Shown in pieces: positions 39,635-52,277 of a stretch of DNA of 64,000 nt. A model generated the notes under the pieces. That model ran no database searches, was not told the origin of the DNA, and saw only the letters and a program-made list of their open reading frames with translations. The first letter of the stretch is position 1; every line of letters begins with the position of its first letter. The translations under genes were made by a program, and so were the position numbers. The stretch comes from Tubiluchus corallicola (Eukaryota; Animalia; Priapulida), in the NCBI GenBank assembly GCA_030141605.1, contig JAQGDQ010000137.1:434001-498000 (forward strand). Direction: 5' to 3'.

Positions 39635-42600
39635 ATGAAATTTGTTGTATGCTTCCTTCTGGTGCCAGCTTTAACAGTGGCTCGTCCTTACAGTAAGTGA
39701 AATTTATATACAAAACATATAATATATCACATGTACAAGTGTTTTCAAGAACCATGTAGCCACTTACATTTTTTCTAGTTTTTCTGTGAAGCATGGAACC
39801 CAAAGAGGTTAGACAGATTTATATAGATTTGATTAATCGAATTCTCATTTCCAATCCGGTTTCTAAGCATACATAACCGTGTGTGTAATTTGTTACCATT
39901 TAACTCTTCTGCCTCCAAAGAATGACTTCAGTATACTTGACCATAGGTTGCTTTGCATAAAATTGTATAAAAGAGTAGACATCTTTCTCACACATGTACA
40001 AGTTTTATAACAAATCCAACACATTTAGCCCAAAACTTACTTTGGCAGGAATTTCACTGATTTGGCGCGCAGAGGCAGTTCATCTTGGCTGTACTAACCT
40101 CTAATTTAGCTGATGCTAACGGTATAAGTCGTAAACGTAGCGATTTTATATACAGAGCTAATAATGTAATTAGCAATTTTTCATTTCTCAGCAGTAGTAT
40201 GAAAACAAAAGTATTTATGACCTACTGTTACACTTTCTACGGCAGCCAAATTTGGAAAGTTGCTAATGCATACATTAGTGATATTAATACAGCCTGGAAT
40301 ATATCCATCCGTGAACTATGGAAGCTGCCAAATAAAACTCACATGTTCATTTTACCATGCATCAGTAAAATTTATTGCCCAAGTAAACAATTTGAGAAGC
40401 GTTTCGTGCAATATTATGTAACTTGTGTGAACAGCCACAATACATTAGTTAGTTATTTTGCTAGGGAAGTTGAATTTTCAACAAGATCTGTCTTAGGTCA
40501 TAATCTACAATTGCTTAACTTTAAATATAATAATAACTATTGCATTAATTTCACTCAGTAGCAAAAATGAAATGAGAAAAATTAAAGATGGTATTGTGAG
40601 TAGCAGTTTTGATCTGACATCTGAGGACGAAATCGTTTGTTCAGTGATAGAAGGTACCATAAATGCTATTGTATGCAACAATGATTTTTTAGAAATGCCT
40701 AACTTGAATGAAATTAAAAATTGTCTCTGTGTTAATTAACTTTTCACGGTTGTTTTCCATTGGTAATATAATATGTATAAATATTGTGTCTTAGGTATTT
40801 AGGATACGTGTAATTGTAATATTTGTATTGTATTACTTTTCTTTGTTTTGATCTTAATGACTGATTTTTTTTATGCATATAATTGTTTGTGTCAGTATCT
40901 ACTAATCCCGTAATTGTAATTTTATTTTTTCTATATAATTTTGTACTTTTCTATAATTTCAATGTGACCTATATGTTCGAAGTAAATGATATATTTATAA
41001 TAGCCAAAATGTGAAATTTTCATCCTTTAATATATTAATAACGAAGCTGTTTTTTCTTTAAAGCACCAGAACGTGAACCGTGCAATTGTAGTCTCATTTA
41101 TAAACCTGTTTGTGGAACAGATGGAAGGACTTACGCAAATGTATGCATGATGCTATGTGCCAGATATCCTGACGTCCGTAAGTATCGCCCAGCATTTAAA
41201 CTGTATATACTGATCTTCAATTAGTACAGTAACGTAAAGCTAAAACTTGGGATGTCACCTTACCTGTGATATAATATTTTTTATTTTATTTTAGTCTTTT
41301 TTTCAGCTCGTAGACATAGTTTTAAGCCATAAAAATACAATAACTGCTAAAAATAATTATAAAAACATAAAGTTACAATTTACAGAAAAATAAAAAGAGA
41401 AAGTAGTTAAAATGTTTACATAAATGACATGCATTAAAAGAACATTAAAATTACATTCTAATGGGCAAAATTTTGATATAGACTAAATATACACTAATTT
41501 AAAATTTATGCACTTATTTCAGAAAATTTTTCTCAAAAGACATCCCCCTGACATTTCATTCATACTTACGTCATATGAAATAAAGTATCTGTAATTTAAA
41601 GGAAAACCGGACATAATCTTAAACTATAGCTCAGAATAATCTAATCTGTAAAATATTGAAAGGCAACATGCTATTTTTCAAGAATAACTTACATGAAAGA
41701 ATTATTAACACAGAAACGTAATTTTGCTCTAACGCCTCCAGTTTTTCGTGTTACATGTGTTCGCCATGCATTCGCTAGTTAGACTGGCACTGGGGGCTAC
41801 ATCTATGAAACACTATGAAAAACGAAAAACAGGTGTTGTACCTCTCAGTCAGAGGTGTTTGTTAAGACGTAGTACACATTTTCGAGAGCACAGCAGTAAA
41901 TTAGAAATTTGAATTTCAAAGTTAAAATTTGCCAAGTTTTGAATGTAGCACTGTAGTTAAATTTTCTTATGCAAATACGTGCATAAAATTGTTAATGTTG
42001 TTGAAAATTATGTTCAGTTATGATCTCATCACTAGTTGGGCTCGCCAGCCATTAACTAGTTTTTAAATTATTATTTAATAATCTGGAACGTTTTGGCCTT
42101 ATTATAAGTGTTAAAATGTATAGTTTTTATCGTACTTCAAAATTGTCTAGGATATCAAAAATCATCCCGTTTGGTACATTTAACATTTTTGCCAGTGTTT
42201 GTAAATTTCTAAGTTCAGAAATTCGCTGTTGCTTACACTTAACTCTAGAGACCTCAACTCTTGAATAATCAGTTTTACAATAAATAAATGTATTTCAGAA
42301 AGATAAATTGGAGTAATAAGACAAGTAATTTTTTGTTCATTTCGTCTTTCTGCATGGCGGAAAAGAATCCATGTGCTAAAGTCACAGGCAAAAAGTTACT
42401 GGTAAAAAAGTCACAGAAAAAAAGAAGAAAGAAGACCCTGGCTAAAATTAGTTGTAACTTTTTTCCTGTGACTTATTTCTAGCCAAAATTATGGCTTCAG
42501 AAACTTTTTTCCTGTAACTTTAATACCGGTCACCGCATGTAGGAAAGCACGTATAGGCAGGAGGTATTCAAAGTAATGTTTACGACGTCATTGAAGCCTC

Positions 42601-43673
42601 ATTCATCCAGATGCACTACGAGGTACACAACATTGGGTTACGCATGATATCTCCCAGAGTCAGTATAGAACCTACGCCACTCACATATAGGGTAGAAGTG
42701 CTACCACTTGACCCCAAATGTCTAATTACGAAGTTCTACACGAAGCGGCATGCTAAGCCTACAGTAAGCCGCATACACGTTTTTTTGCAGAATTAATTTG
42801 CATTCAGCATCACAAGCTCTCAGCATTTTTGCTATCATCTGTTTTGCAGGCATGGAAATTGGAAAACAATGCGATGGAGAATGTCCGTGCTACGAAAAAG
42901 TCACTGCAGCACCATTACCTGCAACAAAGTTCACAAAGCCTGCAGCAAGAGAACCATTACCTGAACCTGAACCATTACCCTACATTACCAAGCCCTGCCT
43001 AATGGCATGTCCAAAACTCTACAGCCCCGTGTGCGGCCGTTTAGTTTATCCAGACAGAAAAGGCGCCTGTGTACAGTACACAAACGCATGTGTCAGAAAA
43101 ATGTAAGTATGCCTATTTAAAACAAAAATTCCTTGAGCATAGTAAGGCAATGCAAACAGCAGCTGTAGTGCGGCACACAGTTAAAATTTGGAATCGCTTG
43201 CTACTAAGTGCACTGACGCATCAGAATGCTAGCTTGAAACAACTGGAAAATTATTTATTAAATTTAAGCAGAAGCGAGTTTTAATATTGCAGAACAGCCA
43301 TTGGACGTAATTAAGTGCTGCAATTACATTTAAACAAATAAATTCCAATTAGATCCATTTGAACCAAAATTGATTTTGTAGCATTTAAAATACTAATCAA
43401 GCATTTCTCCAATAATTTTAGATTAAAACTGGAGATAGCAGGAGGCTAATTAAGCAAAGTTTTCAATTCAACCAAACAAAACAAAACATTTCTGTAGAAA
43501 ACAGAAGTCATCACACTTTGTGAAAGTTTCGTTTTCCTTTCAGGGCTGAATGCAAAGCAAAGCTTCAATCACCACGTGCTGTCATGGAAGAATGCTATTG
43601 CAGACCATATGACGGAATTGACAGAATTGACAGAATTGACAGAACTGACAAATTTTATCCAGATTTTGAATAA
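39635..43673 (+). CDS. Secreted two-domain Kazal-type serine protease inhibitor
   Basis: Exons 39635-39692 (signal peptide MKFVVCFLLVPALTVA), 41064-41177 (CNCSLIYKPVCGTDGRTYANVC), 42850-43102 (CDGECPC, Pro-rich linker, CLMACPKLYSPVCG..YTNAC), 43544-43673 (AEC...ECYCRPY..FE*). All donors are GTAAGT and phases match. Confidence 0.9.
40000..40990 (+). mobile_element. Non-LTR retrotransposon 3' fragment in a Kazal intron
   Basis: ORF 40085-40561 (KTKVFMTYCYTFYGSQIW...AWNISIRELWKLP..TH) resembles the post-RT region of LINE ORF2; T-rich 3' UTR follows. Confidence 0.7.
41615..42035 (+). repeat. Dispersed repeat, copy 1 (second copy at 62325-62782)
   Basis: Collinear similarity, e.g. AATCTTAAACTATA, CTGTAAAATATTGAAAGG, GCTAGTTAGAC, TGTACCTCTCAGT, GAAATTTGAATTT, GCAAATACGTGCA. 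Confidence 0.8.
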
Positions 43674-44019
43674 CATAATCATTGATTTTGATTTTATTAT
43701 TATTTGATTAAAAAGGAAAATTGTGGGTATTTCAACTTTTATATAATCAGATTTTATGGCTTGGTTGTATGGAATAAATGGTGATAGTTGGGCATAACAA
43801 GCTAGCACATGTTATTTTTCGTTTATAATGAATTAATAAACATTTCCTCCTTTGATTCTTCGAGATATAAATTAATGTACTCATGAATGGATTCCCAATT
43901 TGGCGTAATCTTATACAACAAAAGTCTTTTCTTGGATTTATACTTAACCTACAGGCAGATCGGTAGTGTGCCGGTGGAAAGCCACATCTCCTTAGCTCGG
44001 TAATCCCCCACTTCGGCAG

Positions 44020-44130
44020 TTATCTTTTCGTCAGTCTACTTTTCCGCCAGTAACCTTTTCGCCAGTCTATCTTTTCGCCAGTCTACCTTTTCGCCGGTCT
44101 ACCTTTTTGCCAGTCTGCCTTTTCGCCAAT
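44020..44130. repeat. About 16-bp minisatellite (CTTTTCGCCAGTCTAC-like)
   Basis: About 7 diverged tandem copies. Confidence 0.8.
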
Positions 44131-45577
44131 GTAATCATGACTAACAATAAAAACTTAACTCACCTATTATATAGAAGTCACCATTGACATATTAGGTATT
44201 GACGTGGTTCCATTTAAAGGGAACGGAATATGTATGTCTTACAGAGGCGCTCCATATATCATTGGATTCGGAAAAAACATAGAAACTGATGCACTGAGTC
44301 AAAATTGCGAGTTGAATAGATGTGAGATACCGAGAAGGATGAACATTCAAATCTGATAAAATTTCTGCTCTATGATGCTTAGCTTCCCAGAGACTCATCT
44401 TTTTGGATTAACTCAAAGTTATACAGTGGTACTCCACCAAATTTGGTGGAGCTAGCGTAAAGGGCCACTTTTGTTTACAATTTCAAGTCGTGACCCTTTG
44501 ACCCGCCTGAGTTATGGCCTGAATATCGTCAAAATACGTGTATTTTGAGAGGCAATTACTCCTGCAAGAAGCGCCACCTACCAATCCTTATCAATAGTTA
44601 GCCACAGTCTTTCTGGACTCGTGTACCATGCTTATACTTATGTATAGGAGGTACTGACATTGTTTCCTTTAAACGCTCTCTGAACGAAAGCTATGAGTCG
44701 TACAGAGACGTACTATATATATATATATCATTGGATTCGCAAGGAAACGTAGAATAACTGCGCTGTGCTGAAAATTTTTCCTCTGTTTTTGTTTAATCGA
44801 AAATAACAGAATTTTTTTCAAATTGCATAATTTCCTTTGTTATCTGATACGAAGGTGTCGAAATGCCTAATTTGGGAAGCCATGTCTCTTGAAGTAAGCC
44901 TTCCGGAATCGCGTGGCTAATACTCGAGATGGAAGCATCCTTGCGTCACTAGGTATAGAAGCTCACCAGAATTACTTATGTTACTCAGGACAAAAGCACC
45001 ACCTAGCAGCATAGAGACACGTGGCGGTAGTCCAATTAATTCTCTACCCAACCATGTGCTACGCAGCTGCCACCTGTAGAGTGTTTCTCCGTTGCGGCCG
45101 TTTTACTAGGCCCATGTTGGTACCATACTTAAAACTTATGACAATAAAATCAACATTTTTTTAATTTTGGGAAACAGTAACTCTTGAAGGAAGCCATTTT
45201 GAATCAAGTGGTTAACATTGAAAATAGAACTGACATTGTGATAGAAATAGCGTTTTTAGACCTATCTAGTATACTACTTATCGCCATTTTGTGGCTAAAC
45301 GAAACACTAGCAATTTTGACGCAATGTACCCAATACTACGTTCTTTGGCCAACTGAATGGAGTGTTGTTCACCCCTGTCCGACGAACCATGCAATATAAG
45401 TATGGTACCGACATTTGTTCAGAAAGTGGCAGCGATGTAGACCGCTTTGTGGCATATTATTGATATTATGGGCATATTATTGAACAATAGGGCATTGATA
45501 TTTCGACGATTTTTGGGTCATAACTCAAGTGGGTTAATGGGTCACGACCCAAAATTACAAGCAAGAGGCCTTTGTTA

Positions 45578-45578
45578 T

Positions 45579-45629
<51 letters not shown>

Positions 45630-45651
45630 GAGAGAAAGAGAGAGAGAGAGA
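45578..45651. repeat. (GA)n microsatellite
   Basis: Directly visible. Confidence 0.95.
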
Positions 45652-46413
45652 AAGAAAACAATTTAAGAACTAACGACGCCAAGTTTTCTTGACTGAAATG
45701 AACCGGTCCGAAGCCAAGCCAGGTATAAAAGCACGGGACAAGTAACGTACAGCTTCCTTAGTTTCAGCGACCTAAGTAAGATAGCTTCTGTTATACTTAC
45801 TGTGATTATGCTATTAACATTTCAATCTTACATGAATACAACTTATTTTTCTCTGTGATTTGGTTATTATTATTATTGTGCATATCTTAAGTAATCATTA
45901 ATGGTTGATGTAAATGTAGTTTAATAGTGCAAGTTTCTGAGGTAAGAAAATACATTTTTAAATTTTCAACATGGCTGCACTTGCACGTGGCAATTTTACT
46001 GTGCTGTTTTTGGTTAATTTTTGGATGAAAATCATCCAATTAAAATATAAATATCACGTTTTTTTACTTATCGTTCCACGTGGAACATTTACTAATATAA
46101 TTTAAAAAAATGTTTGATGATAATTAATATGCAACTCTCGTGTTTTCCATCCCATTGCCAGTAGTTCACTGTTACAGTTTGACGTATGAAAGTTAATGTC
46201 AATACATTATCTAAGTATGTTACACATGTCCATAGAATGCCGTAATGGTTACTATTAAGTTTAGCTTTATCTTTAAATTGATTCCAAATATTATAATTTT
46301 ACGAATTCATTGCAAATATTTTTGTAAACTTAACGTGAACGTAAAATTTATGGCTGATTTTCGTAAATATTAAACGAATACAAATTTTACATTTTATCTC
46401 ACTTATATTAGAG

Positions 46414-46734
46414 TAGTGTTTTCCAAACCTTTCCTGCACGTGACCCTTTTCAGTAGTATCAAACTTACAATGAGCCCTACTTTTATAAGCCTTCTGAAAA
46501 CTTACTAATTTTTAATATCACAGATACATTATTTTAAAATTTAAAAGGTTAGTCACATCGCAGAGCAATAACAAAAAATATTTATTGTTAATGTTTATTA
46601 ACAAAGATTGATCTAATCATATATTTTAGTGAGAAGGATGTATTTGCTTTTTTGATCCGGTGAGCTGAGTATACATATATTTGGACCTTCTATGACCACT
46701 TTGGGGGTTACGACCCGCAGTTTGGGACCCACTG
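46414..46734. mobile_element. hAT (Charlie-like) MITE
   Basis: TAGTGTTTTCCAAAC / GTTTGGGACCCACTG termini with exact 8-bp TSD TATTAGAG. Confidence 0.85.
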
Positions 46735-47254
46735 TATTAGAGAGAATTTTATAATTCCATATTTGCATTATGCCGAACTTCATTCTATTTTTTTCAGATG
46801 TAAAAATAATTTCTTTAAATTTTTGTTTCCTTTGCTGCTATTTTAAACTAACGCTCGAGAGCTCTGCGTTAATTCAACTAGCAATGGGGTTGCACTACAG
46901 TAACTGCATGGCACTTATTGCCACACCTATTTGCAAAATTTGTTAGTGCACATTTCTTTTGGGACGCCCTGTAGCTTGAGTTTTTGCCTTTTTAACGTAA
47001 TACTGCACGTGAATTTTCTATCCAGCTAACTTAAGAAAAAAAACCTGTTAAATTTCTTTGTTTAAATTGTTGATTATTTTCCGCGTGCTAACAGTTCCCG
47101 TATGATTCACATATTTTACTTTTTGGTCTTAAACTCTTTTCTGAAAAAGGCTATAAGGTAGAGAAGAAATGCTCAATTTTTTTCTAGTGGTTGTCTTTTG
47201 GGTTTGCTAATTTCTTAAAAATTTTCGGTTTTTCATATTGTTCAAACTTGTCAT

Positions 47255-48205
47255 ATGTTGCTCATAAATAATTACATAAATAATTACACATTACTAATCC
47301 TGTATAATAGTCTGGTTTTACCTTATCTCAATTACTGCAGCATTATTTGGGGCCCCACATATCCATCTAAACCGAAATGCTTAAAAACGTTGCAACGAAA
47401 ATTTTTAAGGTTAATGTATGGCCTACAGAAACGTAGTGAAGTACCTTTACTTCATTACGGTGAATGTAGAATTATGCATTTAGATGATTTAATTAAATTT
47501 TATATTGCAGTATTCATGTATAAATGCAGTAATAGATTATTTCCTAAGTTTTTTGCAATTCCTGTCAAATTGACATCTAAGAGACATAATACAAGATTTA
47601 ATCAATACATTGTGCCTTTCTGTAGATCCAACATAGCCAAACATTTTATAATATATCAAGGACCAAAAGTCTGGAATGAGATTTGTCAATCCGCAAAAGA
47701 TAGCAGATCTATTACTAGATTTAAAAAAATGCTAAAAAATCAAATTTTAAGTAAGTACCAGTGAGTAATAAAAATTTCTATCAGTATCCATCCTCACAGT
47801 AGTTGCCAAACAGTGGTGTTAGCTTAATCAAGTTATTTTAAATTTACAAAAATATTAAATGTTAAATATTAAAAAATAATAGTCTTTCTATCTTTTATAT
47901 CATCCCATATATGAGCTTCATTCATTACGTCATTCCATTTTCAGCACTAATGTTTTTTTTAATCACGATTCACTTTAAATTTTCAGATTATCTCCATATT
48001 TTTTTTTCTATCACTGTGTGGGACAATTTAACAAGCCCTGCTTCTTGATTGCCCACAACACATTTACCTGCGTGCATAAGTGAACAGTGTTTGAGGCTTT
48101 TTCTGTGCAGTAATTCTTATTTGTATTATATCCATTGTAGGCCCTTTCACTAGATATTGTATAATCATTGTAAATGTGTAAGGTGAAATAAATGACTTAT
48201 GACTT
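47255..48205 (+). mobile_element. 3' fragment of an L2/Crack/Daphne-type LINE
   Basis: LLILYNSLVLPYLNYCSIIWG...LQRKFLR...HNTR...YQGPKVWN...FKKMLK; 3' UTR hairpin near 48015-48060 and AATAAA-(TGACTTA)2 tail. Confidence 0.8.
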
Positions 48206-48980
48206 ATAAAAGAATAGTTATAATTGTAAGAATCAAGGAATAAGCGACGTCCTATACACGAACTTTGAGTGTCGCAAGGAAGCCAATCTTTATGCTGTAG
48301 AAAAAACAATACAGTTGTGAAAAATGTTGCTATTTAAATTTAAATTACGCCATTATGCCATTATGTGTGAACATCGCAAATTGTTCTTTAAAATAAAAAA
48401 GGCAGATTTTGTAAATGTCCTCTTGTCGTTGACTCTGGTGGAATACACAGAACTACACATGCGCAGACGCTTGCTCGAAACAGAACTGTACATTCGTATC
48501 ACATCTGCCATGTAATTATAAAAATTTTGATGTTTATTAAAAGCTCTTATTTCGCAGATCCAATAAATCGGTAAATCTGACTATTTCCTGTTTAATTTTA
48601 AAAGTTGAAATTGCCCTACAGTAATTACGTACACACTTGTATCAGTAAGGAAATAATTAGGATGAATGTTTTGTTAAATAACAATTATTACCTGCGTTTT
48701 TATGTCTAAGGGAAAATGCGAATGATAATCATTTACTCGTCTTATCTTTATCTCTTTTGTCAGTGATGTTCTTATATAAAAGCAATGACGAGCACGTTTT
48801 TAAATGCAAATTTTATACTACTTAAAAATATTATTAGTTAAAACACCACATTTTAGTTTACATAGTTAATGATCTTGCCAAACGTTTCATCAGAACTACT
48901 GCTGTCATCGTCGGGTGGCAAATTTTTACGAACCTACAACAAGATATATATATAAACTGGTTGCATTTTTGTAAAAAAAA

Positions 48981-49026
48981 TTACCACTGATGATGACAGC
49001 AGTAGTTCTGTTGAAACGTTTGGCAT
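48981..49026 (+). ncRNA. Minimal type I hammerhead ribozyme-like motif (inverted partner at 48875-48921)
   Basis: CCA-CTGATGA-T-GACAG/loop/CTGTT-GAAA-CGTT-TGG: conserved core boxes, stem II, stem I and a vestigial stem III. Confidence 0.6.
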
Positions 49027-51510
49027 AATTTTTAAGTATGTAAGTTAAAAATTTTAATAAAATTGCGGTGTTTTAACTATAAATGTTTCTATTACTACTA
49101 TTGCCGCCACCGGTTTATCATGTTGTTTTTTCAGCACAATCTTTCCAAAGCGAAGTAGCTTTTGAGTATTGTTTCTGTGCGCTATCATTAAGCTATTATC
49201 AAGCTAATATAAAGCAATTATCTTCCGACGACGAACTTGGATTCGATTTGATAAGCTTCTTTGTTTGTTTTTTTTACATTGTATTTAATTATGTATCCTA
49301 TACAGATCGTTTGCTGACCCCGTGTGCGTATTTAAAGGAAAAAAGCAAGTATATCCCCAAGAACTTTCTTCTCATAGTTACATTACTTAGCACTACGCTT
49401 ACGTGTTTGAAAAACTTATGTAATTTCAACAGAAAATTCTTAATAATTTAAAAATATTCGTGCCAACTGGTAAACGGCACAAACTCACTTTTCCAGTGTG
49501 CCCCCACTGCTTCATCAAAAAACACAATGTTGATCTCACTGACAGTATAAAGTAGTTTATACTTTTGCTTAGTCAATGAAGAGAACATGTTTCAAAGGAC
49601 TTACTGTTAAAATGGCTGTCCCTAATGGTCATCGCAGGAGTTTATACAGCGTTACTGCTAACACAAACTTTGCGCGTAATAAGACATCATAAAACTAATA
49701 CACTGATTTCACGAATTTTTAAGCTTTATTTACAAAAAGTTTTTTCTTATACTCTAAATGTAAAAGGCATAATTAAGCTAGTTTATTTATTGTTTCTCGA
49801 TTTTTTTAAATTTGGAGTGTGCATAAATTTGTTTATATTGTTATTTTGTGAAATGGGCATAACGCGCTGAAGACTATTTTCCAGTCTCAAACCACCTCCC
49901 ATAACTATAGCATTTTTTGCTACTTTCTGTAGTGCTCTATTCTTATGAACAGCCTAGCTTTAAATTACAAGTGAATAGTACACAAATTAGGCCCTATATA
50001 GCTTGCAACTTGTACCGAATGAAAATGTCTGTTTTTTCATTTCAGGATTTACAACTATGCCGGCTAAGAAGTAAATTATGTAAAATAAATTAAATTTAAA
50101 TAATTAACTTTTAAAGTTGAAATGATTCCTGTGATGGATTCTGTTTTAAAACTACAGCGTATTGTATTTGGAACTATTTATTTTTATCCAGTAATCGTTT
50201 GCGTTTATTAATGGCTCAATTTAAATGACATTTTATTTTTACACTTAATGTTGCTTAACTTCATTCTTGAATGTTTGCAAAATTTGGCTGGGGGGTTCCT
50301 ATAAAAAAATTGTGCAACAGAGACGTGAAACCACAGACAAAACTACCGTACGGCTGTGATTCATCGCTATAATATAATATAAGACATATCGATCGTCTAT
50401 TGTTCTATTGTGAACTAATTTATAGAAAATTAATTAATTCACCGCTCAAACTGTGCAATTTATCAATCGATCTTATTTATAAAAAATTTTCAGGTGTCAT
50501 TATTTCCAATACTGTAATGGACAAGGGAATGAGAGCAGCACGTACAGGAGACATCGCTAACACACAATGCGCGCCCCTACAAATATAGAAAAGACAGGAG
50601 CGCAGAGAAAGCTAACGCAGCCATACCTAAGAAAAATTTTCGATTGAGACTGCCAAGCAAGCGGACCATCTGTCAAATGTAAGTTTTATGTACAAAGTGT
50701 AGATTTTATTTAGCTAAACACAAAAATTTTTAAAGGAACGAACAAGTCACTCAGTACGTTGGGTTTATTTTACTGTTATCAATCACTTAGTAAACTTGGA
50801 AAAATACAAAAAAGGAATTTGCAAAGAACTGCCTATAAACCATTGATTTAAAATATATTATCTATGAATAGAAATTTTCATGCATGGTGGTTGCCACCAT
50901 TCACTTGAAAATCATGACGTAACTGGAAGACTTCATGGCTTAAACATTAAAAATTAGCTATTATTTTTTGTGAAATTTTTATACTTCTGGTGAAGATTGG
51001 CAGTGCGCTACGTTTCTTCAAGACGAATGGCATCATTGGAAGAAAAAGGGAAAATGCGAGCTTCCAAGCATGAAGTGATCGCTACTTTAAAGTGATTTTA
51101 TTAGTTAGACGAGGCGCTTATTGCAGTTTTATTACTAAATCCTTATAACATTGGAAATTCGCGAACTCCTAAAAATCTTTACCTTTCCTTTAATTTCTAA
51201 AATTTTGGTTCTTTAATTACTTAATTAGATGTTTCCCTAATTTGAAAGTTTCCCTAATTTGAAATTGTGGAAATTCAACAATGACTTAAAATGGCTGCAT
51301 CTAACTGTCCTTGCGAGACTTTAATGTGAAAAGTTTTATGCGGCTTTACTGCTAATACAAGATCTGTACGCAATAAGATTGCATGTAAGTGATACAAAAT
51401 TTCAAGGCGATTTTTTAACTTTATTTCTGGAGAACAAATATTCAACTTTGATAATTATTTTAGATTCAAATCAATCCTGATAATGTTCGGATGACACGAG
51501 GCAACACTAA

Positions 51511-51558
51511 CAACAGCAGCAGCGGCAGCAGCAACAGCAGCAACAACAGCAACAACAA
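51511..51558. repeat. (CAG/CAA)n trinucleotide tract
   Basis: Directly visible. Confidence 0.85.
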
Positions 51559-51566
51559 GAACAAAC

Positions 51567-52277
51567 CAGGGGCGGAACTAGGAGGGGGCGAATTTGCGCC
51601 CCCCCCCGCCAAATCACGTGATTACATGTTACATGTCTGGGAATAGGGAAGACGACAAAGTTGTATCACCTAGAAAACGGCAGAAAACTTTAGACTTTTT
51701 TATCCAAGGAAGTAAAAAGGAATCAGCATGTAAAGATGCAACTGCAGAAGTCCAAAAAGATTATCCTGCCTCTGCCAGTGGAAAGGATCAATCAGTTTCA
51801 AAAGTTACAGAAGACGAGAAACAACCGGAGTCTTCTACTCATAACATGAACACAAGAGCAAATGACTTAGGGCCTGTGTCTGAGAAACCACGACAACCAC
51901 ATATGACGAAATATCCGAAAACTGGCCAAGGAAAGAATGCTCGTTCTTTTCAGTCTAGTTGGTTCGGGAAACGCTCATGGCTGGAGTACTCGAAGCAGAC
52001 AGACGCAGCATTTTGTTTTGCATGCAGGCATTTTGGTAAACAAAGACAGATTACTTGGACTGAAGTCGGATTTAAAAAATGGAAAGACGCAATGCATGAT
52101 ATGCAAAAGCACGAAGAGACGGAATCACACAAGGACATTATGGCAGATGAAGCAAGAGATGGAAGAAGAGAATTGCTAGCACTGTGAGTGAAACCATTAT
52201 TTAACCACTTCGGATACCTCGCCCTCCCAAAAATTTTTTGCCCCCCCCCCTGCTTGCCACATCTAGTTCTGCCCCTG
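51567..52277 (+). mobile_element. Internally deleted hAT transposon retaining an N-terminal TTF-type zinc finger ORF
   Basis: TIRs CAGGGGCGGAACTAG / CTAGTTCTGCCCCTG, exact TSD GAACAAAC; ORF with RSFQSSWF...WLEYS...AFCFACRHF...GFKKWK...HEETESH (ZnF_TTF/ZMYM1-like transposase N-terminus). Confidence 0.92.
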
